Shown in pieces: positions 16,892-25,153 of a DNA stretch of 64,000 bases. Each line of letters begins with the position of its first letter. Position 1 is the first letter of the stretch. Below the pieces are notes generated by a model. The model saw nothing but the letters and a program-made list of their open reading frames with translations, was not told the origin of the DNA and ran no database searches. This stretch comes from a virus. Where the stretch lies: positions 107,985 through 171,984 of IMG/VR virus record IMGVR_UViG_3300010354_000044; one strand, 5' to 3'. The position numbers and the translations under genes are program-made.

Positions 16892-17536
16892 TTGGAGAAT
16901 CGCATGTACTGGATTACTACAGAGAACAGAACCCGCATTGCCCTTTCTAATCTCACGGATAACCATGTCAAGAATGTCATTGAGTATATGCACAGAGAGT
17001 ACTTAGGCCTGTATCGGCTTTGGGAGTTTCAACAGCAGTATCCCGAGGGTTCCTTATATCACTGTGGAGCTCTGTTTCCTGCTCGGGGGCGCATCGCTGG
17101 TTACTCAGAACTTGTTAAGGAAGCTGCACGGCGTGGGATAGCAGTAGAACATCCCCCAAACCCATTAACTCATGCTTATAATCCTAAGTTTGAGGGCTGG
17201 GGAAGGAGGTTGGATTACAACAAAAATAAAGAACTCTTTGAACTTTATACTCGTTGTAGTAGCTGTAGCCGGGTATACTGGGTCGGAGAATGGTTAATCG
17301 GAAGCTCAAAGGTTAGGCTGTTACGCGTTTATAACCCAGTAAGTATCGTAGAAAATAGGCGTATTCTTGCAAGGTATACGCTTGACCTAGAAAGTCCCCA
17401 CTTTTCTAGAAAATTGTCTAAGTTGATTAATTTAAGTTACAGTATAACAAATAATTATACTGTTCCTCCTAATGAAATTAACTATAAACGACAACGACGG
17501 GGACGTAAACCTAGACATTCAAGGACCACCCACTAA
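16892..17536 (+). CDS. hypothetical protein
   Basis: 214-aa ORF, LTDNHVKNVI motif. Confidence 0.65.
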   Translation: MENRMYWITTENRTRIALSNLTDNHVKNVIEYMHREYLGLYRLWEFQQQYPEGSLYHCGALFPARGRIAGYSELVKEAARRGIAVEHPPNPLTHAYNPKFEGWGRRLDYNKNKELFELYTRCSSCSRVYWVGEWLIGSSKVRLLRVYNPVSIVENRRILARYTLDLESPHFSRKLSKLINLSYSITNNYTVPPNEINYKRQRRGRKPRHSRTTH

Positions 17537-17963
17537 GGTCTATAGCTACTGGAAATTACTGTCGGAAAACAAGGAGCTTGAACTAGCAATGGCGGGATCG
17601 GCGGAGGAAATAACTTTATTCCTAGCAGCTAATCAGAAGGAGGAGGTTCACGCTGCCCCTCTTAAAAAAGCTGAAGAGCGCGTGCATCCACCTGCCCCGT
17701 CCGCCAATCCTGACATTGATTTAGAGCATAATGGATCAATCCTTAACCTACTTAAGGGGAACGAGGTTGCCTTTATTGATCCGGAAGGGTCAACAGCTAA
17801 GCAAGTGCTGGAAAATTTATTACAAAGGTACCCCTCTAATACCGATTTAGGGTTGGACAAAAAGCTACAATCTGTAGTTAGAAAATACTTAAATGACTGC
17901 CGGGGGATAGGCCAAAAAAGATCCCCTAATGGCCAAGTAAAGTATATTCTCGGAGGTGATTAA
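17472..17963 (+). CDS. hypothetical protein
   Basis: 163-aa ORF; TAATG coupling to the next gene. Confidence 0.7.
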   Translation: MKLTINDNDGDVNLDIQGPPTKVYSYWKLLSENKELELAMAGSAEEITLFLAANQKEEVHAAPLKKAEERVHPPAPSANPDIDLEHNGSILNLLKGNEVAFIDPEGSTAKQVLENLLQRYPSNTDLGLDKKLQSVVRKYLNDCRGIGQKRSPNGQVKYILGGD

Positions 17964-18937
17964 TGCTTTTAGACGTACTTCTTAGCTTTCAAGCTTTAAA
18001 GCCTGAAGTTCCTAAGCAACAACCTAACAACAGCGACAGGATTGAAGTCCCTGCCCAGCCGTTCATCCCTTCCTTCGGAGGAGCCGGGCGCCAGCGGTCT
18101 GTCTATAGCCCGGAACTACAGCGAAAAATATTGGATGGCGAAGCTACGTTAGTGAGCTTTACACTTCCTGAGGGCGAGCAAGCCCCTACGCCAGCGCCAG
18201 TACCTGTGCTTCAAACTCCTTCTCTAGCTGAGCAGGTTAGTACAGGCTTAGAGCTGCTGCAAAAACCTAAGAAGCCCGTCAGAAAGATAATTGAAGTGCC
18301 TAAGTCAGCAACTGACTTCGGTTACTTATTTGAAGGCGGGTCTAACAGCCCGTTAGCTATTATGGTAGGTACTTCTGAAGGCACCAGAACCTACAATGGG
18401 GGTAAGACTCAACATTACAAAAGCCACATAGACCCAGGCAATAAGGCTGTAAACCAAGGGTCTTTCTCCTATCAACACAGTGCTGCTGGGCCTGAAGATG
18501 CGGATGCTAAGCAACTAAAAAGGCTACAAGGACAAGCCGCGGCGCTTATGCAGCAAGCTAACGACCTAGGAATCTCGGCTTATATAACCGAGTTTGCCTT
18601 TGCAATGATGATGGACCTATGTACACAAAGTCCTACTTCTTGCCTAGGCTCTACTCAAAGGCCTAGGAGCCGAGGTCTAATGGCCTACCTAGCGGATGAG
18701 ATTATTACAGCAAAAGACGAAGGGCGTGTAATTGACACAAATTACTTAGATACTTTGTCTATTGATAGCTGGGCAGAAATCAGGGCAGCAACCTACATAG
18801 ATACGACCGCTAATAACTGGACGTCAACTGGCTTAAAGCGCGCGGGCGTTCCGTTGTCTAACTCTACCTTTAATGATCAAAAGAGGCGGACCAAAAGGGT
18901 GCAAGAGGCTTATAGCCATTACCTAAAGACAAAATAG
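17963..18937 (+). CDS. putative lysozyme-like / cell-wall hydrolase-type protein
   Basis: SEGTRT..GG.T..Y..HIDPGN...NQGSFSYQH motif recalled from cyanobacterial/cyanophage proteins; Pro-rich linker; function inferred. Confidence 0.45.
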   Translation: MLLDVLLSFQALKPEVPKQQPNNSDRIEVPAQPFIPSFGGAGRQRSVYSPELQRKILDGEATLVSFTLPEGEQAPTPAPVPVLQTPSLAEQVSTGLELLQKPKKPVRKIIEVPKSATDFGYLFEGGSNSPLAIMVGTSEGTRTYNGGKTQHYKSHIDPGNKAVNQGSFSYQHSAAGPEDADAKQLKRLQGQAAALMQQANDLGISAYITEFAFAMMMDLCTQSPTSCLGSTQRPRSRGLMAYLADEIITAKDEGRVIDTNYLDTLSIDSWAEIRAATYIDTTANNWTSTGLKRAGVPLSNSTFNDQKRRTKRVQEAYSHYLKTK

Positions 18938-18977
18938 TCCGGCATTGAAATTTATTAATTAACCCTTGGAGGGTAAC

Positions 18978-19328
18978 ATGCAACTAGCAAACTTGGTTGA
19001 GAATCAGACTACTGAGATTACTAACCTTATGGAGGACTGGAAGCAAGTAATTTACAGTAAGTACTTTGCAAGATATGCAGATATTAACGTGGAGGACCTT
19101 GTAGTTAAGCTAACAGGAAAACGTAGATCACACCGTATAGAACTTCAGTTTCCTGTAGGAAATCAAACCATTACGCTTTATAGCGGCACTATAAAGCCCA
19201 TTAGTACATTAGATCAAGTGTTGACTGGTGCGGGTAATCAAGAACAGTCATACTATTTGGCTGGTTGTTTAAACAGCACCTTGAGAGTAAGCATAACAGG
19301 GACAGAATTCCTTTGCACCGAGGAGTGA
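18978..19328 (+). CDS. hypothetical protein, paralog of 19601..20011, with probable premature TGA (frame stays open to 19472)
   Basis: GAGG RBS; N-terminal similarity to the neighbour; TGA aligns to Trp. Confidence 0.6.
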   Translation: MQLANLVENQTTEITNLMEDWKQVIYSKYFARYADINVEDLVVKLTGKRRSHRIELQFPVGNQTITLYSGTIKPISTLDQVLTGAGNQEQSYYLAGCLNSTLRVSITGTEFLCTEE

Positions 19329-19503
19329 GGTGTTGACGCTTCTCTGCAAACCTCTCAGCATGTTCTTATCAATCCTAAGTCCATAGGAGCGTATTTGTAT
19401 ACGCTGCTAGGTGATGAAGAGTCCCTCACAATGCTGGATGAAGAGCCTGTACCGGCTGAAGACGAGCTTTAACTCTCACTTGCGTTACAAGTAGCACTGG
19501 AGG

Positions 19504-19592
19504 TTATATCTATAGGCCTGATAACTTTTAGGCTAATACTTATTAGGCCTGTAGATATAAGGACCGTCTGCAACACTTCAACCTATAGACGG
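19504..19592 (+). promoter_or_regulatory. long intergenic RNA stem (21 bp) plus RBS-overlapping hairpin
   Basis: Arms 19504-19524 / 19540-19560 with two G-U pairs; CCGTCTG/TAGACGG 19564-19592. Confidence 0.55.
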
Positions 19593-19600
19593 AGACTAAC

Positions 19601-20011
19601 ATGAACTTAGCTACGCTAATTAACGAACATAAGATCACCCTAGATTCCCTTATACAGAATTGGAAGGCCTTAACTCATGCTACATACTTTAAACAGTATG
19701 AGGAAGTAAGTCCTGACAGATTGACAACAAAACTCGTTATCTCCAATAATCGGTACCGAATTCGCCTTGATATTTCTTTTGATTTAGGGCAGGGACCTTC
19801 TAGAGTTACGTTCTACAGCAATCTGATAGAACCTCTGCCCGCAGCATCAGATTTGGAACAATGCCCAAATCTATATAATTATGTACGCAATAACCATTGG
19901 ATTGTAGCTACTGGGTTAATGACCGTGGATAACCAGCCCATTGCGCCTAATGAGTTGTTAATGCATCTTATCATGCATAACGAACGGTTACTACTGACCT
20001 TCCTCCCTTAA
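19601..20011 (+). CDS. hypothetical protein, paralog of 18978..19328
   Basis: MNLATLINEH..WK...YF..Y matches MQLANLVENQ..WK...YF..Y. Confidence 0.75.
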   Translation: MNLATLINEHKITLDSLIQNWKALTHATYFKQYEEVSPDRLTTKLVISNNRYRIRLDISFDLGQGPSRVTFYSNLIEPLPAASDLEQCPNLYNYVRNNHWIVATGLMTVDNQPIAPNELLMHLIMHNERLLLTFLP

Positions 20012-20049
20012 CCTATAACTAAAGGCTAATATACACCACAGCCTAAACT

Positions 20050-20634
20050 ATGGACAACGCACAAATTCTAGAAAACCTACATACTCTGCTGAAGGAATCT
20101 GTTGTGATTCCGCCCCAGTCAGAAGAGCAAACAACATACTTAATTGAGGATTTTGTTAAACGGCTGCTATTTCGCGCCAATAAGTACCCAAAAGTACGTG
20201 CTTGTTCCGTCGCCGTTGTTATTGACCAATTGGTCAATAAACAGACTTACCTATACCTTGAAAAGGGTAAATTGCGCGCAGCCTTCTACCCAACTGATCT
20301 AGAAAATATAGGGGACCACTATCAATATTTATCCCGGGGTCTAAATGAAAACCACCTAGAACTACAGAGTCTACACCAGCGGGTTGTAGAACTCTCAAAA
20401 GACCTACGGAATGTAAAGGAAGAAATTTCTAAGGCTGAGAAAGCGTTAGAAAATAAGCGAACCTGTATACGTAATAGCATAAAGGATCACTTCTATCAAT
20501 TTTTATTGGTAGAAACCGGGCAGCAGCCTACCAAAGTAAACCGTGAACTATTCAATTTTTATTGGGAGAGTGAAGTTACTCATGCGGAAATCCGTAATAG
20601 ATTCAAGGCCTTGAGCAGTAAGTCTGAGGAGTAA
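20050..20634 (+). CDS. coiled-coil hypothetical protein
   Basis: 194-aa ORF with heptad region. Confidence 0.7.
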   Translation: MDNAQILENLHTLLKESVVIPPQSEEQTTYLIEDFVKRLLFRANKYPKVRACSVAVVIDQLVNKQTYLYLEKGKLRAAFYPTDLENIGDHYQYLSRGLNENHLELQSLHQRVVELSKDLRNVKEEISKAEKALENKRTCIRNSIKDHFYQFLLVETGQQPTKVNRELFNFYWESEVTHAEIRNRFKALSSKSEE

Positions 20635-20665
20635 AGGCTGCTCTTACTCGCTATTACTAAAAGGG

Positions 20666-21382
20666 GTGCCTATTGTCAATCAACTTCAAACAGTAGTTAT
20701 GCGCCGATTACGAAATCCAGACGATTTTAGTATCGTTCCTGTAAATAATGCTAAAAATGTAATAACCCCTTACAAGAAAACAGTTAGTATTCCACCCCTG
20801 TGTATACTGGCTACGTTAGCTACCGTCAGTGCCTTGCTTTTTGGTTTACAGGGTTTTATAAAAGACAACCCTGTTGTCACTGAGGAGCAAAGTACTGCCA
20901 TTATTCTGGAGGGCGAGGCGCCCCAACTACAAGAAAACCCTGAGGCTGTATGGGGTGATCTAAGCTTTCCTATACATGCTAAATACTTCCAGCGGTACAC
21001 ATCAGGCTTTGGCTATCGTGTACACCCAACTAAAGGATTAGGTGCATTCCACTACGGCTTAGACCTAGCGGCCCCGATGGGATCGCCTATAGTGGCCTGG
21101 GCTTCAGGCACCGTTTCAGTGTCTAATTACCAGGGTGACTGCGGCGAAACGATTATTATTAAGTCAAACGAGTGGGAGTCTATCTACTGCCATGGGCAAA
21201 AAAATAGTCGTTTAGTCCGTGAAGGGGATACTGTAAAAGCAGGTCAGCTTGTTATGCTCGTTGGGAGTACAGGGGCAAGCAGCGGCCCGCACCTTCACTG
21301 GGGGTTGCGTTACCAAGGTAAATGGGTAGACCCTAATGTAGTTCTTGTGAAAATGAAGGAGCAGCAGAAGGCCAACCCATAA
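20666..21382 (+). CDS. M23 family peptidoglycan endopeptidase with N-terminal membrane anchor
   Basis: HYGLD (HxxxD), YCH, GSTGASSGPHLH (HxH); TM LCILATLATVSALLFGL. Confidence 0.92.
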   Translation: MPIVNQLQTVVMRRLRNPDDFSIVPVNNAKNVITPYKKTVSIPPLCILATLATVSALLFGLQGFIKDNPVVTEEQSTAIILEGEAPQLQENPEAVWGDLSFPIHAKYFQRYTSGFGYRVHPTKGLGAFHYGLDLAAPMGSPIVAWASGTVSVSNYQGDCGETIIIKSNEWESIYCHGQKNSRLVREGDTVKAGQLVMLVGSTGASSGPHLHWGLRYQGKWVDPNVVLVKMKEQQKANP

Positions 21383-21429
21383 CTTGTACGATTCAAGTTA
21401 TACAAACCTCCTCCCCCTCCCCCTACCCT

Positions 21430-21474
21430 AAAGCAGCTTGCAAAACCCCCCAAGGACCGGCAGGCTGCTTTTTC
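21430..21474 (+). terminator. rho-independent terminator with large loop
   Basis: AAAGCAGCTTGC / GCAGGCTGCTTTTT. Confidence 0.6.
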
Positions 21475-21504
21475 TATATCTTCTAACCTATTAATCTTAT
21501 TCTT

Positions 21505-22239
21505 ATGTACAACGGAGCTGTTCTATATGAGGGCCCGTCACTATTCAACGATGAACCAATCCTTTGTATCGTGACAGGACTAACGCGCCCCAGTACTAAT
21601 ATCAAAACGGGCCCTATGGCTCAGGTCTATGTGATACCTAATCACAAGCCTACTGAAGCCATCAAAGAAGGAACTGATAACTCGGTCTGTGGTGACTGTC
21701 CACTGCGACGCACTATGTGCTATGTAAGACCAGTCACGCTAAATCAGGTTTATACCGCCTATCTAGCTAATAAGTATACCCGTAATCTAGAGTGGGCGTT
21801 GGCGCAGATTAGTATCAATAGGTTACGAGTCCGGCTAACAGCTTACGGAGAGGCGCCTGCTGTCCCCTATAACGCCTTAGAGTCATTACTACAGTTCAAA
21901 CACACTGGCTACACGCATGCGTGGCGTAAGGACATAGACGAGCGCTGGAAAGGTAACCTTATGGCAAGTGTACAGACGCTGGAGGAAGCTGAAGAAGCGC
22001 AAGCGGCTGGCTGGCGTACCTTCCGTATTACCCTACCTGACGAGCCTGTGGCTGAAAACGAAATATTGTGCTTAAATGTAAAGCATAAGCTACCTTGCAG
22101 CCAATGCCTAAAGTGTAATGGCAGGGGGCCTAATGTTGTAGACCCTATTCACGGACTACAGCATAAAATAAATACTTATACTTATTTTAGAACTACTATA
22201 CAAAATGCTGAACGAACTTCTATTGCGCACGGAATTTAA
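21505..22239 (+). CDS. Cys-rich conserved phage protein (possible Fe-S / gp88-like)
   Basis: LYEGPS..., NIKTGPM, CGDCP..CYV, GYTHAW, ASV, C-terminal CxxCxxC. Confidence 0.6.
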   Translation: MYNGAVLYEGPSLFNDEPILCIVTGLTRPSTNIKTGPMAQVYVIPNHKPTEAIKEGTDNSVCGDCPLRRTMCYVRPVTLNQVYTAYLANKYTRNLEWALAQISINRLRVRLTAYGEAPAVPYNALESLLQFKHTGYTHAWRKDIDERWKGNLMASVQTLEEAEEAQAAGWRTFRITLPDEPVAENEILCLNVKHKLPCSQCLKCNGRGPNVVDPIHGLQHKINTYTYFRTTIQNAERTSIAHGI

Positions 22240-22453
22240 CAAACTAGGCCTAACAGCAGCCCACGTAGACTGGGCCTTACATTTCTATACTAATTACAAC
22301 AACGAGCCTAAACAGTCTAGTGAGGAGGATAGGGATTTAAGGTACACCATCGCCCAAGCCGTTAACCAAGAACACCCGCCCCTTACTAAAGAGTCTATGT
22401 TTGCCTACCTGGCTCAGTTTTGCGCGACTACTGTAGAGTATAAGCTAAGCTAA
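22205..22453 (+). CDS. hypothetical protein
   Basis: 82-aa ORF. Confidence 0.6.
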   Translation: MLNELLLRTEFNKLGLTAAHVDWALHFYTNYNNEPKQSSEEDRDLRYTIAQAVNQEHPPLTKESMFAYLAQFCATTVEYKLS

Positions 22454-22548
22454 TTAGATTGAATCTCATAACCTATTAATGGGAGTCAACTGCCGAGGGT
22501 TACTCGGTAGTTATATAGACTAAGCTGGTTAGATTGAACCTCATAGCC
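22445..22548. repeat. 29-bp imperfect direct repeat flanking a 10-bp hairpin
   Basis: 22445-22473 vs 22520-22548 (4 mismatches); stem 22488-22512. Confidence 0.65.
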
Positions 22549-22589
22549 GACCTTATCTTAGGGCTAAACATATAAAGGTTAATTAAGTT

Positions 22590-23207
22590 ATGGAGCACAG
22601 GTCTAAAGCTGAATCTAGTAACCAGAATGTTGTAGAGCAAATCAAGCGCAGCTTGCGGACTTTAGGGTATAAAGCCACAATAGAGAAACTGAACCGTCTC
22701 TCTAAAGTTCAAAAGTACTGGGTAAGGGAAAATAGGTTACTAGAGAAGGCTTTAAGGAGATTCGGGGAGGAAGTAGGTTACGACCTGTATAATTTAGTTT
22801 TAGATCTAGAGACTAGCTATACAGCTGTAACCTCAACCTCAAGAATGTTTGATTACAAAAAGCATAGCCCGGTCACCTACACAATAGGCTTAGATAAATA
22901 TAACTACCCAGAATTCCTAGTGTCCGGGGACGTGGAGACTGGCCATTACTATATTTCTTTAATAGGCGACTATATAGAAAAGTCAAATACGCCCATAGAT
23001 CTAGGGGAACCCCTGTATTTACAGGAGGAAATGATTCTTTTTAAAAGAGTCTCAAACCGTCATTGGAACAGACTAGGATTATTGCAATGGTATAACAGCT
23101 TTAAACCTAGCGAAATTATACAAATACTTTATAGGCCCTTCCCCTGGGAGACTTTGGAAAGAGAACAGGTCCTTTATTGGACGTGTCCTATTAAATATAC
23201 AAAGTAG
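22590..23207 (+). CDS. DUF4262-like protein
   Basis: TYTIGL...PEFLVSG...QILY..FPWE pattern. Confidence 0.6.
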   Translation: MEHRSKAESSNQNVVEQIKRSLRTLGYKATIEKLNRLSKVQKYWVRENRLLEKALRRFGEEVGYDLYNLVLDLETSYTAVTSTSRMFDYKKHSPVTYTIGLDKYNYPEFLVSGDVETGHYYISLIGDYIEKSNTPIDLGEPLYLQEEMILFKRVSNRHWNRLGLLQWYNSFKPSEIIQILYRPFPWETLEREQVLYWTCPIKYTK

Positions 23208-23270
23208 CCTTCCTATAAAGGATAGTAGCCTCAGCTCACGGGGCCTATTTTTATCTATTGAAATTTTACT

Positions 23271-25151
23271 ATGTCTCTAATCCTCTCAGAAGCTAACGTA
23301 ACAAGTAACCTTAAGGACCCGGAGGATATTGGCGCCCGGATTATTGAACGGCTTGACAGCGGGCATAATGTCTGTGTATTTGGCCAGCCCGGTACTGGAA
23401 AGACAACCCTAATTCACCGAATCGTCCGCGAATCTAAGGACAAGCCCGTGCGGGTTATCTGTGTTGCAGCAACGGGGCGGGCTGCTATGAATATGGTGGA
23501 TGGTATTACTATCCACCGGTTTGCTGGCCTTATGATCGGCGATTTATCCTACTATCCATATATGGATGTAGAAGGTAAAAAGCACGTAGAGACTCATCGG
23601 TATAAAGTGGGTAGAATGATGTACCCCCGCAAGCATACTAGGGAAAATCTAGAGAAAGTTTCCCCTCTATGTCTAGCTCCCCGCCTACTCATCATCGTAG
23701 ATGAATTAGGGATAGCTACCTCTGAGCTATTTACCTTATTCTACGAACGGATTATGTGGCGGCGTAGAGACTCTGGTCTAAGTATGGACGGAGTTACCTG
23801 GGCCCTATTCGGTGACTTTGGGCAAATGCTACCACCGACCTTAAACGCCCGCTTACTCTTTGAGCCTACAAAGTTCCTAATTCAGACCACTGTAGATAAA
23901 AAAGTTCCTATTAATCGGCCCAATGCGTTTAGTGTAACCCCTGTATCTGATAGCAATATAGGCGCTCACTTTGAAGTCCACGCGCTTACAAAGATTTGGC
24001 GCCAAGCTGACCCTATTTATCTACAGGTAGTTAACTGGCTGTACTGGGGTAAAGGCATTCACCCAGCATTATTAGAGCGTGTTTATGAAACACCCCCCGA
24101 GAATGCTGTAACTATTTACTTCAACAACGACAAAGTACTCAGCGAGAATACTGCGTTTATCAAAAATTTTATGGAACGGCATGCTAATAATACGATCGTC
24201 AAAAGAACCTTTAGGGCGATCTATAGCAATATGCCTGAGAAGCCTAACACTAGCATCTGGCGAGACTTACTACCTGTAACCAAAGAATATACGATCGCCA
24301 TTGCCCGGGGCAGCGATGGTTCCTTAATTGAAGGTATGCCTTTCATGGTTACAGTTAATGTACCCGACCCAGGTAACAAAGAGAAACTATTAGTAGCTAA
24401 TGGGGAACTGGTTACCATCATTGACATATCCGACACAGCCGTTACCGCCCTAAAAAGTAATGGCACAGAAGTCTACTTAGATTATGTAGACCATCTTTTC
24501 AGTGATACCGCTAGGAGTAACGGTAAGACCGCTAAGTTCTTAATGCTGCCAGGATATCCCGGGCACAGCTGTACTATTTATAAAGTACAAGGATTAACCT
24601 TTGATGAGGGTAACCCTAGGACCTACGCAGTCTGGGAAGTTGTCCCTAATTCTACTAAGACTAAACCTTTAAACAGAGCCGGCGCCCTAACAGTATGCTT
24701 CAGCCGTAACCGAAGCTTGGATGATGTTTATATTACCGGACCCTCTGGGGATGTAAACGAGACTCTAAGTTACTTACAGCAGTCGCTAGTTACTGATGAC
24801 CGTGTTATTAAATTTTTATTAGATGGTAAAGAACCTACATGGGTAAGGTTAAGCGACTATAGTTTTGTAGAGCTAACGTCTGTAGAGGAGCAAGCTATCA
24901 AAATTAAAGGGGAAAACTCTACCCTGTACTGGGGCTCATTTGACCTTTATAACTGGGAGGAAGAATTAACCTGCACTAACTATAGGATAGGTTTTGTTAG
25001 ACTTGAAGATAATACTATCCCATTGTTTATAGGTAACAGCCAAACTCCTATCGGGAACGAGCTGCAAAGCCTTAACAAGCTGTTGCGCACAATTTTCAAT
25101 ATCTGGTATAGAGATTACAAACCTAAGAGTATTTACAAAATTAATCAATAA
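23271..25151 (+). CDS. PIF1/RecD-like SF1B DNA helicase
   Basis: GQPGTGKT, ATGRAA, TIHRF, VDE, GDFGQ, WRQ, TIYKVQGLT, FSR. Confidence 0.9.
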   Translation: MSLILSEANVTSNLKDPEDIGARIIERLDSGHNVCVFGQPGTGKTTLIHRIVRESKDKPVRVICVAATGRAAMNMVDGITIHRFAGLMIGDLSYYPYMDVEGKKHVETHRYKVGRMMYPRKHTRENLEKVSPLCLAPRLLIIVDELGIATSELFTLFYERIMWRRRDSGLSMDGVTWALFGDFGQMLPPTLNARLLFEPTKFLIQTTVDKKVPINRPNAFSVTPVSDSNIGAHFEVHALTKIWRQADPIYLQVVNWLYWGKGIHPALLERVYETPPENAVTIYFNNDKVLSENTAFIKNFMERHANNTIVKRTFRAIYSNMPEKPNTSIWRDLLPVTKEYTIAIARGSDGSLIEGMPFMVTVNVPDPGNKEKLLVANGELVTIIDISDTAVTALKSNGTEVYLDYVDHLFSDTARSNGKTAKFLMLPGYPGHSCTIYKVQGLTFDEGNPRTYAVWEVVPNSTKTKPLNRAGALTVCFSRNRSLDDVYITGPSGDVNETLSYLQQSLVTDDRVIKFLLDGKEPTWVRLSDYSFVELTSVEEQAIKIKGENSTLYWGSFDLYNWEEELTCTNYRIGFVRLEDNTIPLFIGNSQTPIGNELQSLNKLLRTIFNIWYRDYKPKSIYKINQ

Positions 25152-25153
25152 CT

